NCBI GenBank assembly: GCA_964416985.1
Contig: CAYQFS010000001.1
Coordinates: 19,413-83,412, forward strand
Direction: 5' to 3'
DNA length: 64,000 nt
Origin: an uncultured Candidatus Saccharibacteria bacterium
GTDB lineage: Bacteria; Patescibacteriota; Minisyncoccia; Phycocordibacterales; PALSA-1337
The translations under genes were made by a program, and so were the position numbers. This document shows, in pieces, positions 19,902 through 30,218 of this stretch. Under the pieces are notes generated by a model, which did not search any database, had not been told where the DNA came from, and worked only from the letters and a program-made list of their open reading frames with translations. Each line of letters opens with the position of its first letter. The stretch's first letter is position 1.

Positions 19902-20747
19902 TTATTTCTGTGGAAAACAGACAATCTTCTTCCATTGTTCAAGAGAAAGCTCTTCCGCGCGCACCTGAGCCGGCCATTTTTCTTGTTCCCACAGGTTTTT
20001 GAGTACTTCTGGGGCCATTTTTTCCTTCAAATTGCCCATAAGTACCTTTCGTTTGTGAGAAAAGCCGGTTTTTACAAGGTCAAAGAAGTTTTTTTCATCA
20101 ATATTTGATTCGGTGAAGAAGTTTTTTGAGATATTTTCAATGAGAAGAACTGCGGAGTCGACGTTTGGCACAGGGCGGAAAAATTTTCGAGGGACTGACG
20201 TGATAAATTTTGGATTTCCATAAGCTTTGACTGAAATTGAAAGAATACTTTCCTTAGAATCGGTAATTCTTCTCGTCAGTTCCTTCTGAAGCATGACAAC
20301 AATCCGCATTGGTTGAATTTCTGATTCGAGAAATTTTCTCAAAAATTCCCCGCTGATGTAGTACGGGATATTTGCCACGATACTGTACTCCCCTTTTTTG
20401 AGACCAAGGATTGCTGGCTCAATTTCCAAAATATCCCCATGGATTAATTTCAATTTTCCTGTTTTGAGTTCTCGAGAGAACTTTTCAGAGAGAAATGGAA
20501 TGGCACGGTCGTCTTTTTCAATCGCAATGACCTGGGCTCCAGCCTCAAGAAGACCATGAGTGAGAGCTCCTTTTCCTGGACCAACTTCAACAACAACATC
20601 ATCACGAAGAATTCGCGCAGCATGGATCATGGCTCCGATTACGTGAGGTGCATGGAGAAAATTCTGCCCCAAAGATTTTTTCGCGACGAAATTATTTTTG
20701 GATTCAGTTGTGATTTCTTCTGATTCAGAAAATATCTCAGGTTCCAT
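19902..20747 (-). CDS. rsmA: 16S rRNA (adenine1518/1519-N6)-dimethyltransferase
   Basis: 281 aa; SAM motif VVEVGPGKGALT; KsgA family layout. Confidence 0.9.
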   Translation of the reverse strand: MEPEIFSESEEITTESKNNFVAKKSLGQNFLHAPHVIGAMIHAARILRDDVVVEVGPGKGALTHGLLEAGAQVIAIEKDDRAIPFLSEKFSRELKTGKLKLIHGDILEIEPAILGLKKGEYSIVANIPYYISGEFLRKFLESEIQPMRIVVMLQKELTRRITDSKESILSISVKAYGNPKFITSVPRKFFRPVPNVDSAVLLIENISKNFFTESNIDEKNFFDLVKTGFSHKRKVLMGNLKEKMAPEVLKNLWEQEKWPAQVRAEELSLEQWKKIVCFPQK

Positions 20748-20756
20748 GGTGTATAA

Positions 20757-22709
20757 TTAAAAATCAATAAAGATTGCCTTGACCCCTCTCGCTTCTTCGT
20801 CACCCTTTGATTCTATAAGATCATTGCCAATATCGGAAATGAATTCAGAAGGAAGATTTACTTTTTGTGCTCCATAAATTGTGCGAAGTTGAGCATAGCT
20901 TAAGAAAACTTTTTTCCGAGCACGTGTGAGTGCGACATAAAAAAGTCGTCTCTCTTCTTCTGCTTCCGATTGACTCATGTCACCTTCATTCAATTTTTGG
21001 TGAGGAAAAAGATCCTGTTCAAGGCCAGCAATAAAAACATAATCATACTCAAGTCCTTTTGATGCGTGGACCGTCATAAGCTTCACTGCATCATGATCTT
21101 TTTCAAGCTCATCCTGATCAGTTGCAAGTGCTGCATTTGAGAGAAGGGATTCGATCGCCTCCTCGCCCTGGAGATGATCATACTGAGCCGCAACCGTGGC
21201 CAATTCCCTCAGGTTTTCGAGCTTTTCTTGTTCCTCAGGTGAACCATTTTTATAGACAGATTCCATGCCTGTTTCTCTTAAAATATATTTAATGAGGTCG
21301 GAAGGTTTTTGGGTGAGAGCAACTTCTTTTATTCGATCGAGAAGAGACAAAAACTGATCAACTTTTCCACGTAGTCCTGGCCCGAGAATGTTCTGTTGCC
21401 CCGCGATAACTTTGAGCATAGTGGCCTTCCCAATTCCCCGTGGAGGAACATTTATAATTCGAATCATGTCAGATGAACTTTCACGATTGAGAGACGCTTT
21501 GATGAATGAAAGAGCGTCTTTAATTTCTTTTCTTTCAAAAAATCTTACACCAAGAACCTGGTACGGAATATTTTTCTTTATAAAAGCATCTTCAAGAACT
21601 CGTGATTGAAAGTTTGCTCGATACAGGACGCAGATTTCTCGCGGGTGTGTTCCCTCAGAGATGAGGTCCCGGGCTTTTTCTGAAATCATGCGCGCTTCTT
21701 CGTTTTCGGTGTACGAAATGATAAGTTCAATCTTCTCCCCTGCCCCATTTTGGGTAAAAAGATTTTTTTCTCGGCGCATGACATTCTTTTTGATAATGGT
21801 GTTTGCCGCCATAAGAATTGTCTGTGTCGAGCGATAATTTTCCTCAAGAGTAATTATTTTTGCTTCAGGATATTCCTTTTCAAAATTCAAAATGTTTTGA
21901 ATGTCCGCGCCTCTCCAGCTGTAAATGTTTTGGTCAATGTCTCCGACCACGCAAATGTTACGGTGTTCTTCTGAAAGCATGGTTGCAATTTCATACTGAA
22001 CCCGATTTGTATCTTGATACTCATCAATATGAATATATTTCCAGATCGAGTTGTATTTTTTTCTAATTTCCGGATATGTTCGCAAAAGTACTGCTGTTCG
22101 CAAGAGAAGATCATCAAAGTCGAGAGATTTTTCCTTTGCCAGAGCCTTCTCATATTTTTCCCAGACACTCAAAATTATTTTTTGATAGTATTCTTTCGCT
22201 TTCTCACGATATGCCGAAAGTGTGACTCCGTCCCCTTTTTCTCTTGAGATCGCATTCAAGAGAGCACCTGGTTCAAACTGCTTTGGATCGAGTCCAAGCT
22301 CCTCGAGAGCATCTTTGACGGCTCTTTTTGAATCGCCTCTGTCATAAATCGTAAAATGTCTTGGAAGCCCGACCAAAATGCTGTTTTCTTTGATGATATG
22401 AACTCCAAGAGCATGAAATGTGCTTACAAATGGCCGTTCTGCCCTCCCTTCGCCCAAAGAAACTGGAAAATTGAGACTTTTATCGCTTTCAATGAGATGA
22501 AAGACCCTCTCCCTCATTTCTTTGGCGGCTTTGTTGGTAAAGGTGATGGCGAGGATACTCGAAGGAGCTATCCCATTCTTTATGAGGTTCAATATGCGAT
22601 GGGTTAGGGTTTTTGTTTTTCCAGCTCCCGCTCCAGCGAGGATGAGAAGGGGTCCTTTGATGGTTTCCACTGCATCTTTTTGTCGCTGATTGAGTCCTTC
22701 GGTAGTCAT
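20757..22709 (-). CDS. pcrA: UvrD/PcrA-type ATP-dependent DNA helicase
   Basis: 650 aa; Walker A AGAGAGKTKTL; helicase motifs II (DEYQD) etc. Confidence 0.9.
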   Translation of the reverse strand: MTTEGLNQRQKDAVETIKGPLLILAGAGAGKTKTLTHRILNLIKNGIAPSSILAITFTNKAAKEMRERVFHLIESDKSLNFPVSLGEGRAERPFVSTFHALGVHIIKENSILVGLPRHFTIYDRGDSKRAVKDALEELGLDPKQFEPGALLNAISREKGDGVTLSAYREKAKEYYQKIILSVWEKYEKALAKEKSLDFDDLLLRTAVLLRTYPEIRKKYNSIWKYIHIDEYQDTNRVQYEIATMLSEEHRNICVVGDIDQNIYSWRGADIQNILNFEKEYPEAKIITLEENYRSTQTILMAANTIIKKNVMRREKNLFTQNGAGEKIELIISYTENEEARMISEKARDLISEGTHPREICVLYRANFQSRVLEDAFIKKNIPYQVLGVRFFERKEIKDALSFIKASLNRESSSDMIRIINVPPRGIGKATMLKVIAGQQNILGPGLRGKVDQFLSLLDRIKEVALTQKPSDLIKYILRETGMESVYKNGSPEEQEKLENLRELATVAAQYDHLQGEEAIESLLSNAALATDQDELEKDHDAVKLMTVHASKGLEYDYVFIAGLEQDLFPHQKLNEGDMSQSEAEEERRLFYVALTRARKKVFLSYAQLRTIYGAQKVNLPSEFISDIGNDLIESKGDEEARGVKAIFIDF

Positions 22710-22985
22710 TGCATCACTATATCATAGGAAGCTACGCAAAAAGGATTTTCAGACTATTATTAAACAATAAATTCATGTTTATTCAAGTAGTTATTTGACA
22801 AAAAATAGTAAATGATGCTCTCCACAGGGGCTGTTGACTTTTAAACCTGGCTCAAGTACCTTAGATAAGTACTCTCAAAAATAGATGTATAAATATGGCT
22901 CTGTTGAGCCATCTACAGAAAATTTCTGGACTCAAAGAAGCGTCGTAAGACGTACGAAAGACCTTGCCGAACGACTATTTTCATT

Positions 22986-24077
22986 ATGAAATTTTCTTCA
23001 TACAAGTCTCCAAAAAATATATGGCTTATTAGAGCCATCTCACGAGGGATGGTTGTTTGCCTTATGCTTATTTTGGCACCCTTTTTCTTTCCCAAGACCG
23101 CAGAAGCTGGTCTTTTTTCGTTCTTTTCTGACAAAATAGGAGTCGAAGAGGTATCAGCAAAGTCCCCTGAGCCTATTGCCATGAATTCTCAGAACATGGC
23201 CCTTCTCAAGGCGGCAGTCAATTCAGATCCAAACCCGAACAAGAACACTGACGAAACTGTTCATGTATCCGGAAACGCTCTTGTGGCGGAAGTTGGCCCT
23301 TCAGGGATCGCTGCTGACATTGAAGATGAACCAAATACTGAGATTAGCATCTATGTTGTGCGCTCGGGTGACAGTCTTTCTACAATTGCAAAGATGTTTG
23401 ATGTCTCGGTCAACACCATTATTTGGGCAAACAACCTCGGAAGCAAACCAACCCTCAAGGAGGGACAAACTCTTGTTATCCTCCCTATCTCAGGAATTCG
23501 CTACACCGTAAGGCGTGGAGATACTATTAAGGGGATTGTTACAAAACACAAAGCCGATCTTGATGATGTATTGAAATATAACAATCTTTCTCTCGACACA
23601 GTCCTTCGTGAAGGAGATATCGTCATTATTCCTGATGCAGAGCCAGTCCAGCAGAATACTCTTGCAAAGAAAGTAAGCTCACGAACATCTACTCAGGATA
23701 ATCCGGTTCATGATGCAGATGGCCCAAGCTATCCAGGTTACTATATCCGACCTATCAAAGGAGGAGTTCGAACTCAGGGTCTTCATGGCTACAACGCCGT
23801 TGACCTTGCGACAGTCCAGGGTTCATCTATCTATGCAGCCGCAGAAGGAACTGTTATCGCAAGTATGACAGGAGGATGGAACGGAGGTTATGGAAATTAT
23901 GTCATTATCTCCCACCCAAATGGAACTCAGACACTCTATTCTCATAACTCAAAGAACCTCGTGGTCCAGGGTCAGCATGTTGAACAAGGAGATGTCATTG
24001 CAAAAGTTGGTGCAACTGGCCACGCTACAGGACCTCACGTCCACTTCGAAATCCGAGGAGCAAAGAATCCTTTCTAA
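22986..24077 (+). CDS. secreted LysM-LysM-M23 peptidase (peptidoglycan hydrolase)
   Basis: Signal peptide; two LysM repeats (VRSGDSLSTIAKMFDV..., RRGDTIKGIVTKHKAD...); C-terminal M23 HxxxD...HVHFE. Confidence 0.85.
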   Translation: MKFSSYKSPKNIWLIRAISRGMVVCLMLILAPFFFPKTAEAGLFSFFSDKIGVEEVSAKSPEPIAMNSQNMALLKAAVNSDPNPNKNTDETVHVSGNALVAEVGPSGIAADIEDEPNTEISIYVVRSGDSLSTIAKMFDVSVNTIIWANNLGSKPTLKEGQTLVILPISGIRYTVRRGDTIKGIVTKHKADLDDVLKYNNLSLDTVLREGDIVIIPDAEPVQQNTLAKKVSSRTSTQDNPVHDADGPSYPGYYIRPIKGGVRTQGLHGYNAVDLATVQGSSIYAAAEGTVIASMTGGWNGGYGNYVIISHPNGTQTLYSHNSKNLVVQGQHVEQGDVIAKVGATGHATGPHVHFEIRGAKNPF

Positions 24078-24091
24078 CCTACTTTTAACCC

Positions 24092-25621
24092 TCAAAAATT
24101 CCTCTGTCGGTACTGGAGCGCTTCGAGAACATGATTTTTTTGAACTTCACTTTTTCCTTCGAGGTCGGCAATTGTCCTCGCAAGTTTCATCGTCCTATGA
24201 AATGCCCTTCCCGAAAGACCAAGCCTTTTTGCAGAAGATGAAAGCAGTTCTTTTATATCTGCCTTGAGCTCAATACATTTTTCCATATCAGAGACGTTCA
24301 TTTCCCCATTTACTTTTTTGTGCCGTACTTTCTTTTCAATAAATCTTCGAAGCTGTCTCTTGCGTGCATTTTCCACTCTCCTTCTGATACTTGCTGAAGT
24401 TTCATTTATCCTTGATGAGCCGGCGAGTTTTTCATATTCGACCTTTGAAACCGAAACCCACAGATCAATGCGGTCAATGATAGGTCCTGAAATTCTTTTT
24501 TTGTAGAGGATAATGTCTCTCTCTGTACATGTACAACCTTTTTCTTTTCCATATCCACATGGGCAGGGATTCATTGAAGCAACGAGAATGCACTGCGCAG
24601 GAAATGTGAGAGAACCCCGAGCCCGTGAAATGGTTACGACCCCGTCTTCGAGAGGTTGTCTCAAAGCATCTATAACAGCCCTATCAAATTCTGCAAATTC
24701 ATCGAGAAAAAGTACTCCACGATGAGCCAGGGTAATCTCCCCTGGTCTTGGAAATGGTCCTCCACCAACAAGCGATGGATACGAAGATGTGTGATGAGGA
24801 GAGCGGAATGGAGGATGTGTAATGAAAGGCGCGTCGAGTGTCCGTGCCATAGAGTGTATCCCAGTCACCTCGAGAATTTCTTCATGATCCAGTGCGGGAA
24901 GTATCGTTCTAAAAGCTTTTGCGAGCATTGTCTTCCCTGTTCCTGGAGGTCCATAGAGGGCAATGTTGTGTCCTCCAGCAGCAGCGATCTCGAGACCTCT
25001 TTTTGCAGCCTCCTGACCCTGGATGAGAGAAAAATCAGTATCAAATGACTGTGGTTCATATATCACATTGGTTTGAGGTTGTGGCTTGATTATTCCACCA
25101 TGTCTTCCGATAAGGTGTCCAATTATTTCATCAAGATTTTTTATTCCAAAAACTTTTATTCCCTTCACAAGAGCGGCCTCTTCGGCATTTTCATGAGGAA
25201 CATAGACCTCCCCGAATCCATTTTTACGCGCACCTCTTACAAGAGGTAGGACACCACTCACTCTTCTTAAGTTTCCTTCAAGAGAGAGTTCTCCAAGAAA
25301 AAGCTTTTTCTCCGAATCAAAATCAATATCCCCACTCGCCAGAAGATATCCGAGGGCCATCCCAAGGTCGAATGAAGTCCCCTCTTTTCTTACATCGGCA
25401 GGTGCAAGTGATATTACGACTTTTTGATTCTTTTGCTTCGGCGAAGTATATCCGCTATTTTTTATTCCAGCAGAAATTCTGTCGCGAGCTTCATCGACAG
25501 CTTTGTCTCCTAAGCCGACAACGGAAAAATGATGAAGTCCGTTTGAAAGGTCTATTTCGATAGTAATAATGTGTGTTGTTAGTCCAGAAAGCTGGGCACT
25601 ATATAATTTTGCTACACTCAT
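24092..25621 (-). CDS. comM: YifB/ComM Mg-chelatase-like AAA+ ATPase (competence protein ComM)
   Basis: 509 aa; Walker A GPPGTGKTM; Lon-like N-domain; C-terminal ChlI domain. Confidence 0.9.
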   Translation of the reverse strand: MSVAKLYSAQLSGLTTHIITIEIDLSNGLHHFSVVGLGDKAVDEARDRISAGIKNSGYTSPKQKNQKVVISLAPADVRKEGTSFDLGMALGYLLASGDIDFDSEKKLFLGELSLEGNLRRVSGVLPLVRGARKNGFGEVYVPHENAEEAALVKGIKVFGIKNLDEIIGHLIGRHGGIIKPQPQTNVIYEPQSFDTDFSLIQGQEAAKRGLEIAAAGGHNIALYGPPGTGKTMLAKAFRTILPALDHEEILEVTGIHSMARTLDAPFITHPPFRSPHHTSSYPSLVGGGPFPRPGEITLAHRGVLFLDEFAEFDRAVIDALRQPLEDGVVTISRARGSLTFPAQCILVASMNPCPCGYGKEKGCTCTERDIILYKKRISGPIIDRIDLWVSVSKVEYEKLAGSSRINETSASIRRRVENARKRQLRRFIEKKVRHKKVNGEMNVSDMEKCIELKADIKELLSSSAKRLGLSGRAFHRTMKLARTIADLEGKSEVQKNHVLEALQYRQRNF

Positions 25622-25692
25622 CCCGAAACCATATCACATCGAGATAAAATCCTGATAAAAAATAAATAAAGTTTTGATAAAATTGTGATCAT
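25622..25692 (-). promoter_or_regulatory. conserved 5' element of comM (shared with comEC)
   Basis: rc of 25622-25690 matches 61457-61520 over ~60 nt, including identical spacing to the ATG. Confidence 0.5.
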
Positions 25693-25730
25693 GTCAAGTA
25701 AAAATCCTCTTTTATGAGGATTTTTAAGGG

Positions 25731-26096
25731 TTATTTCATATGCTTGATTGAGGTTCGAGCTGCCGGATTTGCATCGAGGCGCTCTTTTTCGATTGGTTCT
25801 CCTGAAATTTCACAGATTCCGTAGGTTCCCTTTTCAATTTTTGCCAGAGCATCGTTTACATCTTTGAGTTGTTTTTCGAGTTGTTGGAGTATTCCCTCGT
25901 TATCCTCCAATTGCTCCATCTTGTCGGCTAGCTCGTTTTCGTCAGCAGAATCAACCTCGACATCTTTTGAGCTCGCTTCCCAGCCCAAGGGATTCTTGGG
26001 ATTTGATGACTGTCCAACCGTTGTAAGTTCGTCTTCGAGTACCTTCTTTTCCTTCTCGAGCTTCTTCTTGAAATATTCGGTATCTTTTTTATTCAT
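25731..26096 (-). CDS. DksA/TraR-family C4 zinc-finger protein
   Basis: 121 aa; coiled-coil N-terminus; C-terminal C4 finger GTYGICEISGEPIEKERLDANPAARTSIKH. Confidence 0.7.
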   Translation of the reverse strand: MNKKDTEYFKKKLEKEKKVLEDELTTVGQSSNPKNPLGWEASSKDVEVDSADENELADKMEQLEDNEGILQQLEKQLKDVNDALAKIEKGTYGICEISGEPIEKERLDANPAARTSIKHMK

Positions 26097-26105
26097 GCCC
26101 CCATT

Positions 26106-27320
26106 TTACCTGACATATGTCTCTTTTTCAACCCTTCCCAAGAGTCCTTTGAGAGCACTTTCTGTGGTGGTGAATACAATGGTATCTTTGTCGATAAATG
26201 AGTAGAGGAAGAGGGTCTCATCTTGCCTACCGATGAATTCTCTTACATCCCTATTTTGTATTTGTTTGTCGATGAATTTTCCTCGAATGCTAAAATATGA
26301 TGCAATTGAACTTGAAGCCGTAGTCTCCCCTGCACGGGCCTTTTCTTTAAAATTGAGAATATCAGCAAGTTCATCAGGCATCGATGCTTCCCATGCAAGC
26401 ATTCCAGCAAAGGCGTTTTGGAAAAAGTCTGTCGTGAAAATGAGGAAAGGAGTTTTCACTCCGCTGTCCTCGTTGTATGTTCCGAGCATCCATTGATCGG
26501 TGAGGGATCGTGCTAGAGTACTCGGCATTTCGATTGCCGCTTTTTTAATGAATGAAGATCCTGTCACTCGCACTGAAGTCTCGCCACTTTTTTCTCCAAG
26601 CACAAGTTCGATGACCTGCGCAGATCCGCTCGTATTTTTATTGAGCTCAGCGGTAATTCGTGGAACAAATTGACCTTCAGCAATACCATCAACCATGAAA
26701 ACATTCTGTTTGTCATAAGGAATGATGCTCTGAATTGCTACTGGTTTTGTAGCCACTTGTTCGGGCAATGCAAAAGCGCTTTGCTTGTAGAGATAGTATC
26801 CTCCGTATGCTCCTCCAGCGATGAGAATAAGGCTTACAAGAGCTAGAATTATTTTTTTACCACCCCCCTTTGGTCGTGCCTCCTCTTCGTCAACAATGGT
26901 TTTGTCGGGAATTCCTGCGGCCTCAGCTTTTTGCATCTGCTCAACTTTTTTTGTCTCGGCAATGACCATGCTTGCTGTCGAAGTTTTGTGCTGCGACATG
27001 AGCTCGGCAATGTCCCCTTCATAGGTTCGAATTGGTTTTTGAAGATAATTTTTGAATGCACTCGAGTCATTGAGGGCTTCGGTTGGTGAAGGTGGAATGG
27101 GCGCTTGCGACGCAGGCATTCCTGGCTGATTTTTTGTTGGAGGAACTATTTTTCCAATCGTTGCTCCGAGAGCGTCCTGAAGAGCTGTCTGAGGTTTTGC
27201 GATTGGTGCTGGAGGTGGAGGCACAGGAACACCGCCCTGAGAAGAAGACTTTGTGGTCACCTCGATGTCTGGCTTATATTCCTGATCCGCGAGAATGTTC
27301 AGTGGTTTTTCACCATTCAT
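26106..27320 (-). CDS. membrane-anchored hypothetical protein (Pro-rich N-terminus, single TM)
   Basis: 404 aa; PVPPPPAPIAKP...; TM ILALVSLILIAGGAYGGYYLY. Confidence 0.45.
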   Translation of the reverse strand: MNGEKPLNILADQEYKPDIEVTTKSSSQGGVPVPPPPAPIAKPQTALQDALGATIGKIVPPTKNQPGMPASQAPIPPSPTEALNDSSAFKNYLQKPIRTYEGDIAELMSQHKTSTASMVIAETKKVEQMQKAEAAGIPDKTIVDEEEARPKGGGKKIILALVSLILIAGGAYGGYYLYKQSAFALPEQVATKPVAIQSIIPYDKQNVFMVDGIAEGQFVPRITAELNKNTSGSAQVIELVLGEKSGETSVRVTGSSFIKKAAIEMPSTLARSLTDQWMLGTYNEDSGVKTPFLIFTTDFFQNAFAGMLAWEASMPDELADILNFKEKARAGETTASSSIASYFSIRGKFIDKQIQNRDVREFIGRQDETLFLYSFIDKDTIVFTTTESALKGLLGRVEKETYVR

Positions 27321-27370
27321 ATATCTAGTATACCAAACTAATTCTTTTTCTGTTTAAATTTTATGTATAG

Positions 27371-28000
27371 TTATTCTTGCCCCGAAAGATCTGCTATCTC
27401 GTCCGCTACATTTCCGAGTGTTGCATCCTTTGGTCCTCTCTTTCTAAAATTTGGCTTGAGCATCGCCTTTCCTTTTGACATAAAGCGGTTTTGATTTCCG
27501 ATAAGATATTTTTGTGGACTCTGGTCGAGATCAAAAAAGTCATCAACTGCTTCACGAAGTTTTGTTGATGTTGATTTTCCAAATGAAACAACTTCCACCT
27601 GGCAGCCTTCATTGGTTTGCAAGTATTCAACGAGAGGTACAAAGTCCCCGTCCCCTGTTACGAGAATGACTGCATCGAGTTTTGGCGCGAGTTTTACTGC
27701 ATCGATTGCCATACCGACATCCCAGTCAGCTTTCTTTGCCCCGCTACCAAAGATCTGGAGATCTTTGGTTTTTGTTTCGATTCCCATTTTTGTGAGGGCC
27801 TCAAAAAATGCCTTCTCGTCCCCTGCCTCGGTTGTGATGACGTACGCAACAGCACGAATGAGAGACCTTCCCCCCACCGAGTCATTCACTATCTGCCCAA
27901 AATTTACTTTGGAGTGATAGAGATTTTTTGCACTGTGATAAATGTTTTGCGTATCTATGAAAACTCCTACGCGCTGTTCCTTGTGTTTGATTACTGACAT
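27371..28000 (-). CDS. NYN/LabA-like (PIN-related) domain protein
   Basis: 209 aa; GVFIDTQNIYH...VLVTGDGDFVPLV LabA/NYN pattern. Confidence 0.75.
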   Translation of the reverse strand: MSVIKHKEQRVGVFIDTQNIYHSAKNLYHSKVNFGQIVNDSVGGRSLIRAVAYVITTEAGDEKAFFEALTKMGIETKTKDLQIFGSGAKKADWDVGMAIDAVKLAPKLDAVILVTGDGDFVPLVEYLQTNEGCQVEVVSFGKSTSTKLREAVDDFFDLDQSPQKYLIGNQNRFMSKGKAMLKPNFRKRGPKDATLGNVADEIADLSGQE

Positions 28001-28099
28001 ATAAAATTAAAAAACTAAATGTATAAAAATACTAACTGCTAATTATGCTTATTAAAATAAGCTTCATGCTTACAAACCAATCATACCATTAAAACGAGA

Positions 28100-28369
28100 T
28101 TACTTAACCTTCAAATCAAGCTTCTTTGCTACAGATGAGTAGCGCTTTGGACTTTTCTTCTTGAGATAGTTCAGATGGCTCTGTCGATCAGCAACCATAG
28201 CGAGAAGTCCTCGTCGTGAGTGGTTGTCCTTCTTGTGCTTCTTCAAATGTCCTGCCAATTCCTCGATTCTCTTTGTCAAAATAGAAATCTGGACCTCTGG
28301 AGAACCAGTGTCCTTGTCGTGGATGGCTACAGTCTTGATGACTTTGGCTTTCTGCTTGGTTGTTAACAT
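28100..28369 (-). CDS. rpsO: 30S ribosomal protein S15
   Basis: 89 aa from internal Met MLTTKQKAKVIK...HLKKHKKDNHSRRGLL...; ORF-track start 28387 is probably a 5' extension. Confidence 0.9.
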   Translation of the reverse strand: MLTTKQKAKVIKTVAIHDKDTGSPEVQISILTKRIEELAGHLKKHKKDNHSRRGLLAMVADRQSHLNYLKKKSPKRYSSVAKKLDLKVK

Positions 28370-28445
28370 GATTGAAGATAATAGCACGAATGGCTTTATA
28401 TTGCAAGGATTATTGAAAAAATGCCAGAAAAGGTATACTTAACTC

Positions 28446-29408
28446 ATGTCGTACAATCTCGCGGAGCTTAAAAATGAATTTCTCCAGTACGTTGAGATAG
28501 AAAAAGGCCGAAGTTTGAGTACCGTAAGGAATTATGACCATTACCTCACTCGTTTTCTTGATTATACAAAGGCAAAGAACCCAAAAGACATAAGTGACTC
28601 TGTTTTGCGTGACTATCGTCTCTGGCTCAACCGCCAGGAGGCCCGAAGGGAGAAAGGAGCATCTGCGACCACTATAAAGAAGCGTACACAGAACTATTAC
28701 CTCATTGCCTTACGGGCTTTTCTTAAATATCTGGCAAAAAGAGGTGTCGATTCCCTTCCTGGAGAAAGAATTGAGCTCGCAAAGGTACCTGAAAGATCCC
28801 TCGATCTCATTTCTATCGAGGAATTACATCGTTTTCTCGAAGCTCCGGATACCTCAACCCTTCGGGGTCTTCGAGATAGGGCAATGTTCGAGCTTCTTTT
28901 CTCTACCGGACTCCGCGTTTCTGAGCTTTGTTCCCTTCCTCGGGATTTGAACCTCAAGCTCGATGAATTCTCTATTCGAGGTAAGGGAGAGAAAGTTCGA
29001 GTTGTTTTCCTCTCTGATGATGCAAAGAAATGGGTAAAAACGTATCTCGATAAGAGAAAAGACATGGATGATGCCCTTTTTATCCAGATTTTGGGTTCAA
29101 AAAAGGACGGTGGAGCAAAAAATCCAAAGCTTGCCCAAGGAAAAAGAGATTCTATGAGGCTCACTCCCCGTTCTGTCGAGAGAATTGTTAAATTCTATGC
29201 TATCAAGGCGGGAATTTCAAAAAAAGTCACCCCTCACGTCATTCGACACAGTTTTGCAACTGATTTACTTAGGAACGGAGCTGATCTCCGCTCAGTGCAG
29301 ATGCTTTTGGGACATGCAAACATAGGAACAACTCAGATTTATACCCATGTGACGGATAGTGAACTAAGAAAGATACATAAGAAGTTTCATAGAAAATCAG
29401 GAGAGTAG
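28446..29408 (+). CDS. tyrosine recombinase XerC/XerD family
   Basis: 320 aa; catalytic R..H..R..Y region HVIRHSFATDLLRNGADLRSVQMLLGHANIGTTQIYTHV. Confidence 0.85.
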   Translation: MSYNLAELKNEFLQYVEIEKGRSLSTVRNYDHYLTRFLDYTKAKNPKDISDSVLRDYRLWLNRQEARREKGASATTIKKRTQNYYLIALRAFLKYLAKRGVDSLPGERIELAKVPERSLDLISIEELHRFLEAPDTSTLRGLRDRAMFELLFSTGLRVSELCSLPRDLNLKLDEFSIRGKGEKVRVVFLSDDAKKWVKTYLDKRKDMDDALFIQILGSKKDGGAKNPKLAQGKRDSMRLTPRSVERIVKFYAIKAGISKKVTPHVIRHSFATDLLRNGADLRSVQMLLGHANIGTTQIYTHVTDSELRKIHKKFHRKSGE

Positions 29409-29423
29409 TGCTATACTTTCCTC

Positions 29424-30218
29424 ATGAACATCATCTCATGGAACGTAAATGGTATCCGAGCAGTCATCAAAAAAGGCAATTTTCTACCATTTATCGAAAA
29501 ATACAATCCAGACATCCTCTGTCTCCAGGAAACCAAAGCTGAAAGAGGTCAGGTAACCATCGATTTACCTCAGTATACGGAGTATTGGAACTCAGCGACA
29601 AAGAAAGGCTACTCAGGAACGGCTATTTTCTCAAAAGTTAAGCCAATTGAGGTAATAAATGGCTTACCAGAAGCAATTATAAAGAAATATGGCCTTGTTG
29701 CTGATGATTATGGAGATCCAAACACCGAAGGGCGCGTAATTGCAGCAGAATTCGAGGATTTCTATGTAGTAACTGTCTATACCCCTAACGCAAAGGATGA
29801 TTTAAGCAGAGTTCCTCTTCGTCACAAGCAGTGGGACCCAGCATTTCTCGCCTATTGTAAGCAGCTTGAAAAGAAAAAACCTGTTATTTTCTGCGGAGAT
29901 CTCAATGTTGCCCATACTCCAGATGATCTTGCTCGCCCAAAGGAAAATGAAGGACTCAAAGGATTTACTCTTGAAGAAAGAGAGGGATTTCAGAATTTTG
30001 TTGAAAAGGGATTTCTCGATAGCTTCCGTCTTTTTACACAAGGTAACGGACACTATACGTGGTGGTCTCACTTTGCAAACTCAAGAGATCGAAATATTGG
30101 CTGGAGAATCGACTACGTCCTTATCTCCCCTGCTCTCAAAGAAAAAGTTCAATTCGCTCATATTTTAAAGGACGTAATGGGATCTGATCATTGTCCCGTG
30201 CAGATTATTTTAAGGTAG
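29424..30218 (+). CDS. xth: exodeoxyribonuclease III
   Basis: 264 aa; MNIISWNVNGIRA...LCLQETK; EEP nuclease fold. Confidence 0.9.
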   Translation: MNIISWNVNGIRAVIKKGNFLPFIEKYNPDILCLQETKAERGQVTIDLPQYTEYWNSATKKGYSGTAIFSKVKPIEVINGLPEAIIKKYGLVADDYGDPNTEGRVIAAEFEDFYVVTVYTPNAKDDLSRVPLRHKQWDPAFLAYCKQLEKKKPVIFCGDLNVAHTPDDLARPKENEGLKGFTLEEREGFQNFVEKGFLDSFRLFTQGNGHYTWWSHFANSRDRNIGWRIDYVLISPALKEKVQFAHILKDVMGSDHCPVQIILR

